NCBI GenBank assembly: GCA_951406725.2
Contig: OX597826.1
Coordinates: forward strand, 3,844,001-3,908,000
Source of the DNA: Octopus vulgaris
Taxonomy: Eukaryota
Length of the DNA stretch: 64,000 nucleotides
Direction of reading: 5' to 3'
The notes under the pieces were generated by a model. It saw only the letters and a program-made list of their open reading frames with translations. It did no database searches and was not told the DNA's origin. This document shows positions 14,361 to 27,243 of the stretch, piece after piece. The translations under genes and the position numbers were made by a program. The first letter of the stretch is position 1. Each line of letters begins with the position of its first letter.

Positions 14361-14435
14361 TCTGGATAATTCAAGATCCTGGATTTCTGACTTTGCATCA
14401 GAGAAGCTCTGCCTTCGTCAGTTGAATATACCAGA
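14361..14435 (-). ncRNA. Type I hammerhead ribozyme motif (likely PLE-derived)
   Basis: Minus strand: tctggtat-attcaa-CTGACGA-aggcagagcttctctgatgcaaagtca-GAAA-tcc-a-gga-TC-ttgaat-tatccaga. Stem I is attcaa/ttgaat extended by tctgg/ccaga, stem III is tcc/gga, and the cleavage triplet is AUC. Confidence 0.6.
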
Positions 14436-14446
14436 TAACCACATAA

Positions 14447-14490
<44 letters not shown>

Positions 14491-15169
14491 CATACGTTAT
14501 ACTTACATATACGAACGCGCATACATACATATATATGCACGTTTGTACAAGACCAGCTTAATTTGCCCGCCAAACAGCTCCAAGCGCGATATGGTCAAAA
14601 TAAACACCGCAGTGAATACAATGACGAATTATATAAATTTATAAATAAGTATAATATCGATATTTAAATATCGATCTTATCAAGTGGTTGACAATGAATT
14701 CTTCAGGGATGAACATGATTTCACAGAAATACACAACACATATATAAATTTTAGAAGGAAAACAACTATTGGATAAGGTAACAAAAACACTACTGTATAC
14801 TTTTGAAATACAATATGACGCCCTTAGTGTCTCAGGGTATATTTTATAATGTAATGGCAAAAAGGAACAAAATTGCTTAAAACTGATTACATGTCAACTT
14901 CAGAAACAAGAAAATAGTGCAGAGTTCTGCTTTACTCATGAAATACATCATCATAGCATTTTTCAATATCATTAGGAACTTTTAGAAACTTTGTGTGAAT
15001 TTGTGTTCTACACAAAGGAATTCATAAGACTGAGCGAAAAGTTTTTTTTCTAATTTTTCGAAATTAAATTTCTTTTTTATTTTTCGAACTTTTGTCTTTT
15101 AACAGTTCGAATTTTGGATTTAAATCCCAGCAATAGACTATTAAATGTATTTATTGGGAGAAAGATATT

Positions 15170-16322
15170 CTATTCTACTGTGGTTGCAAGACCCGAAATG
15201 TTTGTGTGTGGAGGGGGAGCAGTCGATTAGATCGACCCCAGTACGCAACTAGTACTTAATTTATCGAACCCGGAAGTCGACCTCCGTGGAATTTGAACTC
15301 AGAAGGTAAAGACAGACGAAATACCGCTAAGCATTTTGCCCTGCGTGCTAACGTTTCTTATTTCTTTATTGCCCACAAGGGGCTAAACATAGAGGGGACA
15401 AACAACGACAGACGAAAGGATGAAGTCGATTACATCAACCCCAGTGCGTAACTGGGTACTTAATTTATCGCCCCTGAAAGGATGAAAGGAAAAGTCGACC
15501 TCGGCGGAATTTGAACTCACAACGTAACGGCAGACGAAATACCTATTTCTTTACTGCGCACAAGGGGCCACACATAGAGGGGACAAACATGAAAGACAAA
15601 CAGATGAAGTCCATTATAGCGACCCCAGTGCGTAACTGGTACTTATTTAATCGACCCCGAAAGGATGAAAGGCTAAGTTGACCTCGGCGGAATTTGAACT
15701 CACAACGTAACGGCAGACGAAATACCTATTTCTTTACTGCCCACAAGGGGCCACACACAGAGGGACAAACAAGGAAAGACAAACAGATTAAGTCCATTAT
15801 AGCGACCCCAGTGCGTAACTGGTACTTATTTAATCGACCCCGAAAGGATGAAAGGCTAAGTTGACCTCGGCGGAATTTGAACTCACAACGTAACGGCAGA
15901 CGAAATACCTATTTCTTTACTGCCCACAAGGGGCCACACACAGAGGGACAAACAAGGAAAGACAAACAGATTAAGTCCATTATAGCGACCCCAGTGCGTA
16001 ACTGGTACTTATTTAATCGACCCCGAAAGGATGAAAGGCTAAGTTGACCTCGGCGGAATTTGAACTCACAACGTAACGGCAGACGAAATACCTATTTCTT
16101 TACTGCCCACAAGGGGCCACACACAGAGGGACAAACAAGGAAAGACAAACAGATTAAGTCCATTATAGCGACCCCAGTGCGTAACTGGTACTTATTTAAT
16201 CGACCCCGAAATGATGAAAGGCAAAGTTGACCTCGGCGGAATTTGAACTCACAAGGTAACGACAGACAAAATTCTGCTAAGCATTTCGCTCGGCGCGCTA
16301 ACGTTTCTGCCAGCTCGCCGCC
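15170..16322 (-). mobile_element. SINE family B multimer: head + five ~183-bp tandem units + terminal unit
   Basis: Unit starts at ~15359, 15544, 15727, 15910 and 16093. Perfect 20-bp flanking direct repeat tttattgggagaaagatatt at 15150-15169 and 16323-16342. Confidence 0.9.
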
Positions 16323-16924
16323 TTTATTGGGAGAAAGATATTGAAAAACATTCAACACGTCAGAGTGACAAACAAATGAGGACTGTAAGAGATGGTCGTG
16401 AGATCTGCTAAAGATAACAGCTAAATACGCCTTAAATTACAAAAATATTTTTTCCGTAGTCCTATCTACTACCATTTGTAGAACACAAATTTGTAAAACT
16501 TTTCTGAAAATAACAAAAAATAAAGAAAAAGTAAAGGGGTGGTTATATGTCGTGCGTATAGCAGGGTTTCTGCCGAAAATTGTTCGAGTCTTGAATGGCG
16601 GTTATCATCCTTCCCCCACACCAGCCAATATATTTCTAAGCAAATGTCGCCGTTTTACATCGGTAAATTCGTTTCGAGATGCATCGTTAATTAAGACTTC
16701 AAATAATTAAATATACACGCATACTCACACATACACAATCACACACACACACAGACACACACACATACGCACGCACGCACGCACGCACATACACGCACAT
16801 ACACATACATACAAAACAAATATACAAATAAATATTCTGGCTTAAACATATATAACTGGGGGTAGATAATACAGTGTGAAATAGAATGTCACCTGTAGTA
16901 ATTTTACACGCCCTAATAAACATA

Positions 16925-16988
<64 letters not shown>

Positions 16989-17829
16989 CATGTATGTATC
17001 TATAATTTGATTATTTGTTTCCTTTTTTGCGGTTTTGTGTACAACTTTCTTCCTATGAATTTACTCCCTTTATCTCATCATTGCGCCCCCTTCTATCTAT
17101 ATTCAAATTCCTTGGACCATAAATCGTCAAATGTAGCACAAGATGTCATATTAAGATAATAGACTATATGAATGTTCACCTGTTTCAGTGTTTTCATTGT
17201 TGGTGGCTGATAGACCAAGTCTACTAAATTAATTTATGAGCATATTAAATGTTTTTAAGATGACAAACACTGTAAATCATATTCGGAAAGCCAAGAAAGG
17301 AATGCGATAATATATACACGTACACACACATAAATGCCGATATATATGTATACATAAATACATACACACTTACACATATGCATACACTCATACACCATAT
17401 ATGCACATATATTTGCTTGTATATAAGAAGTGTGTCCAAAAGCAATGTAAAACGAAAGCAACAAAAATTATTTCACTGTGAATGTATTATGAGGAAAGAA
17501 ATCTACGTTTTGGACACTTGTCAGTTGTCATGATAGGTAAAAATGACGAAAGAAATAGAAATCACCAGAGTCGCAGATGATGCATGCAGGAAGGGTAGAA
17601 CGTATGTGAGAATATTTGGTGTTTTTCAACAGTAAAAGCAAACAGGTACTATGGGAAATAAACCTGATAAGTGTTAGAGTGTGTTGTGAAGACTCGTACA
17701 TATGAACTATGTACGAGTCTTTTTAAGTATATGTATTTGAATGTACAATCGATTGTAAATTTAATTGTTTGAGTAATATTGTATGCGAGTGTGAGATGAA
17801 TAGCTACGGTATGAATGAGTCATGATGAT

Positions 17830-18058
17830 GGCGAGCTGTCAGAAACGCTAGCACGCCGGGCGAAACGCGTAGCCGTATTTCGTCTGCCGTTACGTTCTGA
17901 GTTCAAATTCCGCCGAGGTCGACTTTGCCTTTCATCCTTTCGGGGTCGATAAATTAAGTCCAGTTACGCACTGGGGTCGATGTAATCAACTTAATACGTT
18001 TGTCTGTCTTTGTTTGTCCCCTCTGTGTTTAGCCCCTTGTGGGTAATAAAGAAATAGC
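17830..18058 (+). mobile_element. SINE family B monomer
   Basis: Same head and unit as 7595. 20-bp TSD with 3 mismatches: tatgaatgagtcatgatgat (17810-17829) / tatgaacaagtcatgttgat (18059-18078). Confidence 0.9.
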
Positions 18059-18949
18059 TATGAACAAGTCATGTTGATATCTGGTGATATAAACGAGATG
18101 TGAATGTGATATTATGGTGGATAGATTTTGAGTTGTAAAAGCACTTCTGGGTCAAAGGTTTGGGAATTTTTCTGTGTGCATGTATTTTTGAGGGCTGATT
18201 TAACGGAAAGCAATTAAACTATTGACACTGGATAGGATACATATGTTCAAGCGGTAGATTACCTGTTGATTTCGAGTAAGCCGAGAAACGGGAGTTTCAT
18301 GGTTTTGCATGATTTCAAAAGCAGCTTCAGCGATATTAAAGTAGGAATTGTAGCAGAAATTAGTGACGGACTACAGGATTGAGAAACACGGTTTTGTTGT
18401 CTCTGAAGCGCAGAAAACTTTTCATGAAACTGTGAAACAGTCTCTGACCAATTTTCCCTTTGTAGACAACGCTTGAAACATCGCTTTGATACAGATGATT
18501 ATCTTTCTCTCTCAGCGGCGCTCTTTCTCTTTAACAGCTGTCTTCCACACGTCCTCTTGGGATATTTCCTCTCTCATGATTTTCAATACTTCTATTATGC
18601 CTACTTGATACTTTGACACTCTAAGTTTATTGCCAATAATGTTTCAGTTTTCCTTGTGGCAAACCAATATATTACTTATGAAATTTCTTATACACTTTTA
18701 TAGATTACGTCTCTGAAACTGATCCAAGTTGCATAATTTCTGTACATGAAATGGTGATTGTAGTCTTTGAAATAAAGTTAGGAACTGATATAAGCAGTGG
18801 TATCGATATTAGAGGTCTTCATAAGCAAGGCATCTCCAAAGAATGCTTATGTACATTTAATGATTATATAATTAGTATTTATTAAAATGCATTTCCTTTT
18901 ACGTTTTTAAATTTGATAGAATCAACAGAGAGAATTTTTGAACGTCTGC

Positions 18950-19850
18950 TTTCAAACTGATGACCGTTCTAGATCATTCAGTGTTGCTAATGCGAAACAA
19001 TCGACGAAAACGTTACTTAAGCTCATCCACGTTCAATGACCAACATCAATGCGTCGTCTGTCGTCGCTTTTGTACTGTAAACTTTATTTCTTAAGTAATT
19101 CCATAAAATATCTAGTGGCGTGAGGTCCAGTGGACTGCTTTACCGTTTAGCAAAATCTCATGAAGGACTTTATATTGTTATGGCAGTATGAGCGAGTTCT
19201 ATCCTGCTGAAAATAAAACTCCTCATCTCCAAAGTCCTCTTGAATACTTTGCATGATAGATTGTCACGAGTTCAAGTAAATGGTAACCATCACAGTGCCG
19301 TCAAGAGAGAAATGTCCAATTAATCCTTTTGGTGGCATGCAGAACCATACTGTTACATGAAGTTCCTCTGTAATATGTGGACTCTTGAGTACCAAATGTG
19401 AGCAATTATGGCGGTTAATTGAACCATTCCGTCCAGTCCCATCAATCCAGACAATAGTTATCTGAAAATGTGAATCTACTACACATCTTGCTGAGTACCA
19501 CTCGCAAAACCCCTCTCTCTTGAGCCTGCATCCTCTTTATTGAGAACGAAGACTATTCTTGGAATGTGCAATAAAGCGATAAACGCTTGATTTCGCAATC
19601 CGTGTTTCACGACTGACAACAGAGATTCTCTTGAACACTGGCGATACGTTTCGAGTACCCTTTCTTGCGTTATCGTGTTCTTCGAATACCAAGATCTCTC
19701 AGAACTTTCCTTGTCGATGTTCCATAACAGTTCTGTCTGTTCCAAACTTACATCTACTTAGTGACGTGGTGCATTGTATGAGGTACATCGATTTGAAATT
19801 ATCACCTCGTCTGTCTGTGCTCTTCGGTTTCATTTTCAAACTTCCCCTTC
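18950..19850 (-). mobile_element. Degenerate Tc1/mariner-superfamily transposase remnant (rosa/maT-like)
   Basis: Minus-strand fragments KFGTDRTVM, RETRIAKSSVYR, NGSINRHNC, GLIGHFSLDGTV and FGDEEFYFQQD match the ..NRHNC..GLIGPFFFDGTV..FQQDGAPPH pattern of these transposases. Many stops and frameshifts. Confidence 0.6.
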
Positions 19851-21069
19851 CTGCAGCAATTTCGGAGAAAAATCTTTTGTCAAAGCTTATTCTGGTTCAT
19901 TTCATTCTTTCTAATGCGGGTAAAACTGGACAGAAATGGAAAGTGAGTTATCAAGTGTTCAAGTATATATATGTGTGTGTGTGTGTATGTATATATACAT
20001 ATACATACATACATACGTACATACACATATACCTACATACCTACATACATACATACACACCTACATACATACATACATGCATACATACATACATACATAC
20101 ATACATACATACATACATACATACATACATACATACATACATACATACTTATTGATCCCCACCCTCAACCCGACAATTAACAGACGACCAGAGTTGAGCC
20201 GGTGGCTCTTATGAAAATATAACGGCAATTGCGACAAACACCATAAAATGCGCAGCCACCACCAACAGCAACAATACCAACACAAAAACCACCATAAGCA
20301 CTACGTGGATATACGTCGCAATAACTAACGATGGCAGAGTTTCCTACACCAGTTGGAAGTTTGTGTACATCAAAAGCTGGAGAATTGATTACATCAATAA
20401 TTGGAGAGTCACTACTACTGCTATTAACATAATGCTGTTACATTATCCAACAAATGTTGAGTTACCTATAGCAAAACTGTTGGATATTTGTTTACAACAA
20501 CGCTTGGAGAATATATTACTACAACATTTGGAGAGTGACTGCTACTGTTAACATAACGTTGAGGAATTTGAATATACATGCATATATAGGTACAGGCGTC
20601 AAAAAAAAAAGACGTGAACCAAATGAGAAACGAGAACATATAAACAAAAGCATGGAAAATGAACTTTGCTTCAAACAACGAAAGAAATAAATAGAGAAAG
20701 GAGACAGTCAACATAAAGAACAATCCCTTCCGCCTGTTGTCCTCTGTTTTATCTTCTCTGCGTTTGGGTGGTAGGGACAAGGCGCAACTTCGTTAAAACA
20801 GTCCTTCCCGCAAAGCAAATTAAATAAAACTTGGGTTTCTGCGGAGGGTTAATGTGGTAACAAAAACTGGACAGTAGGATCAAACCAGTAAAAACAAACG
20901 GTGAGGTATGTTAAACCATAACGAGGTGAAGTGGTTAACACTGGAAAAACGAGCTTCGAGAAGAGAGAGGTAAAAGTACGTCTTGAAGGAAGTGGAAGAA
21001 AGAAAGATAGATGTTGGTCACGTGTGAGCAACGAGAGAGTCAAGGATTAAGAGTGAGAGAGAGAGAGGG

Positions 21070-21102
<33 letters not shown>

Positions 21103-21133
21103 TGTGTGTGTGTATGTATATATATATGTATAT

Positions 21134-21317
21134 ATATCAGAAAACAAATGACAAAGAATTAAACGATTATCTTTGGAACTTGATTACCTTGCAGCTGTTT
21201 CCGCAACAAGATGCCGTGGACTTGAACGCCTGAGTAGCACATCATGCTCGCACAAGAACCTCACACATGTGAAACGGCTGCAAGATAATCGGTTAATTTT
21301 TTGTCGTCTGTTTTCTG

Positions 21318-21321
<4 letters not shown>
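21134..21321. repeat. Small fold-back (inverted repeat) element within (TA)n
   Basis: Arms ~21134-21172 / 21282-21321, plus inner pairing 21182-21200 / 21271-21290. A degenerate CTGAGTA...GAAAcggctg lies inside. Confidence 0.65.
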
Positions 21322-21371
<50 letters not shown>

Positions 21372-21755
21372 CTCTCTCGTGCGCGCACGCACATCCACAT
21401 CCACATATATATGTATATGTATGTATGTATGCATGTATGTATGTATGTGTGAATACCCATAAACTTATAGATATATCCACGAGCACAGAAATATATGAGT
21501 GTGGGTGGGAGTAGGCGTTCAGTAACACATCAATAACTGTATGCACGAAGGTGTTGGTGGTTTTCATTTGGCAAAACAAAATTAGAGGAAATTCAAGACA
21601 TACCTTCGGTTCATTGTTGTTTGACAAATGTTTCTTGCGAAAAATAGGAAAAGGCGTCTACCGTAACTCTGTCATTTATTTCAAATCTATTGTTCACTTA
21701 CATTCGTGATTAAATACATGGAAGTTTGTATTAAATATCTGAAGGTATTCATCCA

Positions 21756-21803
<48 letters not shown>

Positions 21804-21809
<6 letters not shown>

Positions 21810-22078
21810 TGTACATTAAAACACATTAAGAGGCTTTCAAATAGGAAAGCCTTGTGCTAGAAGGAGCAGTAGATAACTCAAACAACTAATTATATTTTTT
21901 TACTGAAATTAGTCAGGAACCATGGTCTAGGAACTAAATTAGATGGTAAACGACGTTTCTAATTTTCATTCCTTTCGAGAGTTTATCCCTAATTAGTGGT
22001 TTGAGTTTTTTACTGCTCTTTCTAGCACAAGGCTTTCCTATTTGGAAGCCTCTTAATATGTTTTAATGTACACGATAT
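21804..22078. repeat. Fold-back element with ~88-bp inverted arms, next to (TA)n
   Basis: The arm at 21804-21892 is the reverse complement, with a few mismatches, of ~21990-22078. Spacer is ~100 bp, and a unique 3' extension runs to (TA)n at ~22185. Confidence 0.8.
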
Positions 22079-22179
22079 TTTTTGTGTGAATAATATAGTC
22101 TGTTGACTAATTTTTTTGTGCTAGGCCACAGGTAAAAATCAGTTCTATAATTCTTCTTACCCTAATATTATTTATTATG

Positions 22180-22226
<47 letters not shown>

Positions 22227-22236
22227 ATGTGTGTGT

Positions 22237-22299
<63 letters not shown>

Positions 22300-22557
22300 A
22301 GGAAGAAATAACATTAATATAGGATTGCCTTAATTATAAACGATCATCAGACCGCTTAGAGGCATATTAATACAAATGCACACTTGGACACAAGCAGAAA
22401 CATAGAAACAGACACACGGAAACACACACGCTCAGATATGCGAAATAACAACTGGAATTAAGCTACTTAACTGGGAAAAAATAATCGAGATTACATGGCT
22501 GATTGTAATTGTGATATTACATATTTATATATACCTATGTATATGCTGTCTATGTGC

Positions 22558-22612
<55 letters not shown>

Positions 22613-22821
22613 TATATAAGAGAAATTGTAGAAGGAACACACCTATCAAAAAAAATTCCATTGTATAATTTAAAGCACACAGCAAAATATACATACAAAT
22701 TCATAAAGAAATTACTAAAATTACCTGAAAAAAGTTATATGTAAAATCTCTGCATCATCTACGTTGGGTTCAGGTAGCGAATGGAGAAGTGACAAATAAA
22801 GAGATTTCATAAAAGCATTAA

Positions 22822-23077
22822 ACAATTGCAGCGTGGAAGGTGTTTGTAAGCCATTTAAGAAACACACAAAAGCTGCAGCATGGATTTTTGTCAGTGAACA
22901 AGTCGCGGATTTTAGCGACGAAAATATTTTGACAAATTAAACTTAAATGTTGAAGTGAATCGAACGGCTTTTGTGTGTTTCTTAAATGGCTTACAAACAC
23001 CTTCCACGCTGCAACTGTTTTCGTTTCAGCACACGATCTCAGATCAAATCACTTGCTATGCGAGTACATCTCCGTAA
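22822..23077 (+). mobile_element. 256-bp TSD-flanked fold-back mini-element carrying a hammerhead motif (PLE-like)
   Basis: Perfect 13-bp TSD ataaaagcattaa (22809-22821 / 23078-23090). ~54-bp inverted arms at 22822-22875 / 22965-23018, with the HHR motif in the spacer. Confidence 0.8.
22887..22936 (+). ncRNA. Minimal type I hammerhead ribozyme motif, G3:C8 core variant
   Basis: tttgtca-GTGAACA-a-gtcgc-ggatttta-gcgac-GAAA-atat-TT-tgacaaa: 7-bp stem I, 5-bp stem II and palindromic stem III with exact HHR spacing. Confidence 0.7.
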
Positions 23078-24125
23078 ATAAAAGCATTAATTATATACAA
23101 AAGTGAAAATGAAGATGTTGACTACCACTTCTAGCAATTCTGTAGATTTAGGAAAATTAGTCCTATTAAATATCCTTAGCACTATTCTACCACAATTTAA
23201 ATGGTTTAGCTCGAGAAACCATACACAATATAATAATTCTGAAAATCACAATATAGCCAGTAATTTTAAATCTAGAATATGTGAGATTCTCTGGTTCGCC
23301 CTCCTTTCTCACTCACAGTTAAAAATTTACCTAAACTTTAAAATTCTACAATCACATTTCCCTAAACACCATAAATATTATACCATATATGAATTTATAT
23401 GTATATTTATATGTATATTTATATGTATATTTATATTGTTGAGTGCTTTAAATTATGCTTTGTAATTTGTATTGAATACCTAGATGTGTTCCTTCTATAA
23501 TTTCTCCTATCGTTCGACTTAGTTCGCAATGAGCATTTCTTAATACAGCTCATATATTGTGAAGTGTACTTAAAAGCATACTTTATAAGAAACTTTAAGT
23601 TTATAAATATATATAACTATATAATAATATATCATTATAATATACATATTTCGATTTAAAGCGAAATTTATATATAAACAATAGACTGAAATTTGATGAG
23701 ATAACCTAGGCCTGAATCGAACACACAAATCAGCGCTTACAAGGCTTCTTGCGCATCCGCAATTAGTAATACTACACAAATATGCACGGGGTATACATAC
23801 TTGTTTATAAAATGAACTTAAAATGTATGAATATAATCCCTGTAGGAGAACATGTAAGTCTATGGGCAATGTCACCCTCTACTACATCCAGGAATTAAAA
23901 AGTTTTAAAAAGGAATAAAATAATTATACAGAAAGGATGTCGAATTAAATAAAATCATTAGATGATCATGGCCGGAACGTTCTAAATCATAGATCTCCTA
24001 TATCATGTCTGACATAGTACAAAACAACAACAACAACCACATCAATAAACGCGATAACAGCAACAACAAAGACAACAAAAGTAAACTATTCTATTCTGAC
24101 AAAAATACCATTGCTGATATTTTAA

Positions 24126-24127
<2 letters not shown>

Positions 24128-24202
<75 letters not shown>

Positions 24203-24231
24203 CATCATCATCATCATTATTATTATTATTA

Positions 24232-24292
<61 letters not shown>

Positions 24293-24318
24293 CATCATCA
24301 TTATTATTATTATTATTA

Positions 24319-24350
<32 letters not shown>

Positions 24351-24372
24351 GTTATTATTATTATAATTATTA

Positions 24373-24421
<49 letters not shown>

Positions 24422-24435
24422 CATCATCATCATCA

Positions 24436-24490
<55 letters not shown>

Positions 24491-24516
24491 CATCATCATC
24501 ATTATTATTATTATTA

Positions 24517-24548
<32 letters not shown>

Positions 24549-24573
24549 GTTATTATTATTATAATTATTATTG

Positions 24574-24612
<39 letters not shown>

Positions 24613-24670
24613 GTATTATTATCATCATCATCATATCATCATCAATAATAATAATAAGAAGAAACAGAAA

Positions 24671-24720
<50 letters not shown>

Positions 24721-24860
24721 GGTGGTGGTGGTGGTGGTGGTGGTGGTGGTGGTGGTGGTGATGATGATGATGATGATGGTGGTGATGATGATAACGATGA
24801 TGATGATGATTATAACAATAGCAAGAAGAAGAAGAAGAAGAAGAAGAAATAATAGAAGAA
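24128..24860. repeat. Compound trinucleotide microsatellites (TAT/CAT, then GAT/GGT/GAA)
   Basis: Directly visible; source of the poly-Y/I/L/M/V ORFs. Confidence 0.97.
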
Positions 24861-25632
24861 GGCTAATCGATTCTATGACATTAGAATGAAATATCAGTTT
24901 CTTTTATAAACGAAAAACATTTTCGCTGGATTGTAGCAAATATGATATCGTTGCGGCCTTGTCATTTCTTTCTCTTGGAGCATATGAAGCGTAAACAAAA
25001 TGAAATATCTCGAAATGAGAACTATTTTCCAACAGCATGTAATAAGTTAAAATAATATAAAAATAAAATGAAACAAACTAAATGAAACTATTCATTTCAA
25101 AGCTGTAGTTAGTTGTGGATTCAATCATAAATCTGAATGAAAACTAACAAAACTATGAACAACTATAAAGGGCCATGCCTCCCCTCATTCTAGTTTAGAG
25201 TTATACGTCAAAACGGTACATATTTACCATTGTGCACTTGTAAATTTTCCCTTAAAACTATATTTCATACTACTTGTCTACTAAAGGGAGATAACTAATG
25301 GGAGGTATGAGATGAATGTGTCTGGTATTATAGGTGGCAGTACGTTACGAAATACACGATGCTGAAATCGTTGTTCATTTAATAGATAAGTTTTGTCAAA
25401 AAAGATTGTCTGTTTGCTAGAATATGTATGTATGTATGTGTGTATGTATGTAAGTATGCATGTATGTGTGTGTGTGTATGTGTGTATGTATGTGTGCATG
25501 TATGTATGTATCTATCTACCTATCGATCTACCTATCTATATATGTATGTGTGTGTGCGTGTGTGTATACAGATAGAAGGCAGAGAGACAAACAGACAGAT
25601 AGATCCATACATACATACATAAACAAATAGAC

Positions 25633-25708
<76 letters not shown>

Positions 25709-25753
25709 ATAGATACATACATACATGCATAAATAAATAGACAGATAAATAGA

Positions 25754-25791
<38 letters not shown>

Positions 25792-25800
25792 TATATATAT

Positions 25801-25874
<74 letters not shown>

Positions 25875-26521
25875 GGATACACAGACAAGCATATACACAA
25901 CATGCACACGTATATATGAATACATTCTCATATCCATATATGAGCGTGCGTGATTAGTAACGTTAATATTTCTTTTTATGTTGAGACAATGGGATCATGC
26001 CGAGATCAGGTAACTAGTCACCAAAATGGATATCAGTCACTCGTTGGTTCTTATTTTCTCTCACTTAGATGTATGATAAGCAAATTTTTCTCTGGTATAA
26101 TTGGATGGCCTTCACTTCGATACACAGCAATTTTGACCATTTTTCTATCTATAATATTTTGTTAAATTAGTTGAAAGATAAAATTTGCAGGAAAAGTTGA
26201 AGACGAAGGACAACGAATAGACCCTTAGTACATAACTGTTGGTCATTTCTTCTTTATTTTATGTTGAGATGCGGTAAAATTGCATATAAAATGAAAACTG
26301 GGTTAAAAATTAATTCTTGTTATGGCAAGCAAGTAGAATCGTTTACACGCCAACAAAATCAGTAGCAGAATTTCTTCCGATTTTATCAGTTCAAATTCCA
26401 TCGGGGAAAACTTTGAATTTTCCCCTTTCTGGGCTGAGGGGTAAAATAAATACCGGTTGAACCCCGGGGATTGATGTAAACTACTAAACCCCACAAATTT
26501 TAGAACTTGCGCTTTCAAAAG

Positions 26522-26570
<49 letters not shown>

Positions 26571-26572
<2 letters not shown>

Positions 26573-27169
26573 TAATAGTTATATCCAAGCCAACATGGAA
26601 GTCCAGACAAATAGGACGAATGGTGCCGTTCATTAGCTCCAAGAGGCTATCGCCTCTAGCTCGCTATGTGACACACAAACCTGTGTCCACTACAGCCTTC
26701 GAACAGGGGAGGTCAGCAGCTTTGCTGGTCTGGCACCAACACACTAGTTTCGAGGTGGATGCCTCTTAATGTGGAGTACCCGAACCCAGCAGGCGTCGCT
26801 TGTGACCGACTGTTCGAAGGAATATTTACCTAAATTCAGTGGAATACATCTACTGGTCTTCGATGATTGAAACATCATTATTTCTAATTTTCTCTAAAGG
26901 TGACTACGGTAGCGGTACTGGATATTAATAGTTATCGCCAAGCTAACATGGCCGTCCGGATAAATAGGACGAATGCTGCCGTTCATTAGCTCCAAAAGGC
27001 CGTCGCCTCTAGCTAGCTATGTGACACACAAACCTGTGTCCATTACAGCCTTCGAACAGGGAAGGTCAGCAGCTTACCCTTGCTGGTCTGGCAACCACAG
27101 ACTAGTTTCGAAGTAGTTGCCTCTTATCAATGTGGAGTAGCCGAACCCAGCCGAACACCCAGCAGGGGT

Positions 27170-27170
<1 letters not shown>
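26571..27170. repeat. Tandem pair of ~230-bp GC-richer repeats (period ~350 bp), unknown TE-derived sequence
   Basis: attaatagttat...caagc(c/t)aacatgg...aaataggacgaatg...gtgacacacaaacctgtgtcc...ccgaacccagc at 26571-26792 and again at ~26924-27165. Confidence 0.8.

Positions 27171-27243
<73 letters not shown>

Noticed and set aside
15359-16322. Regular repeat array that could be taken for CRISPR or a retrozyme
   Set aside because: Units are contiguous with no unique spacers, there are no cas genes, and I found no hammerhead core in the unit. It is SINE-derived.
27080-27243. N-terminus of the 794-aa ORF including poly-Asn
   Set aside because: Chance in-frame read-through of an upstream repeat and the (AAT)n target site; not part of the element protein.
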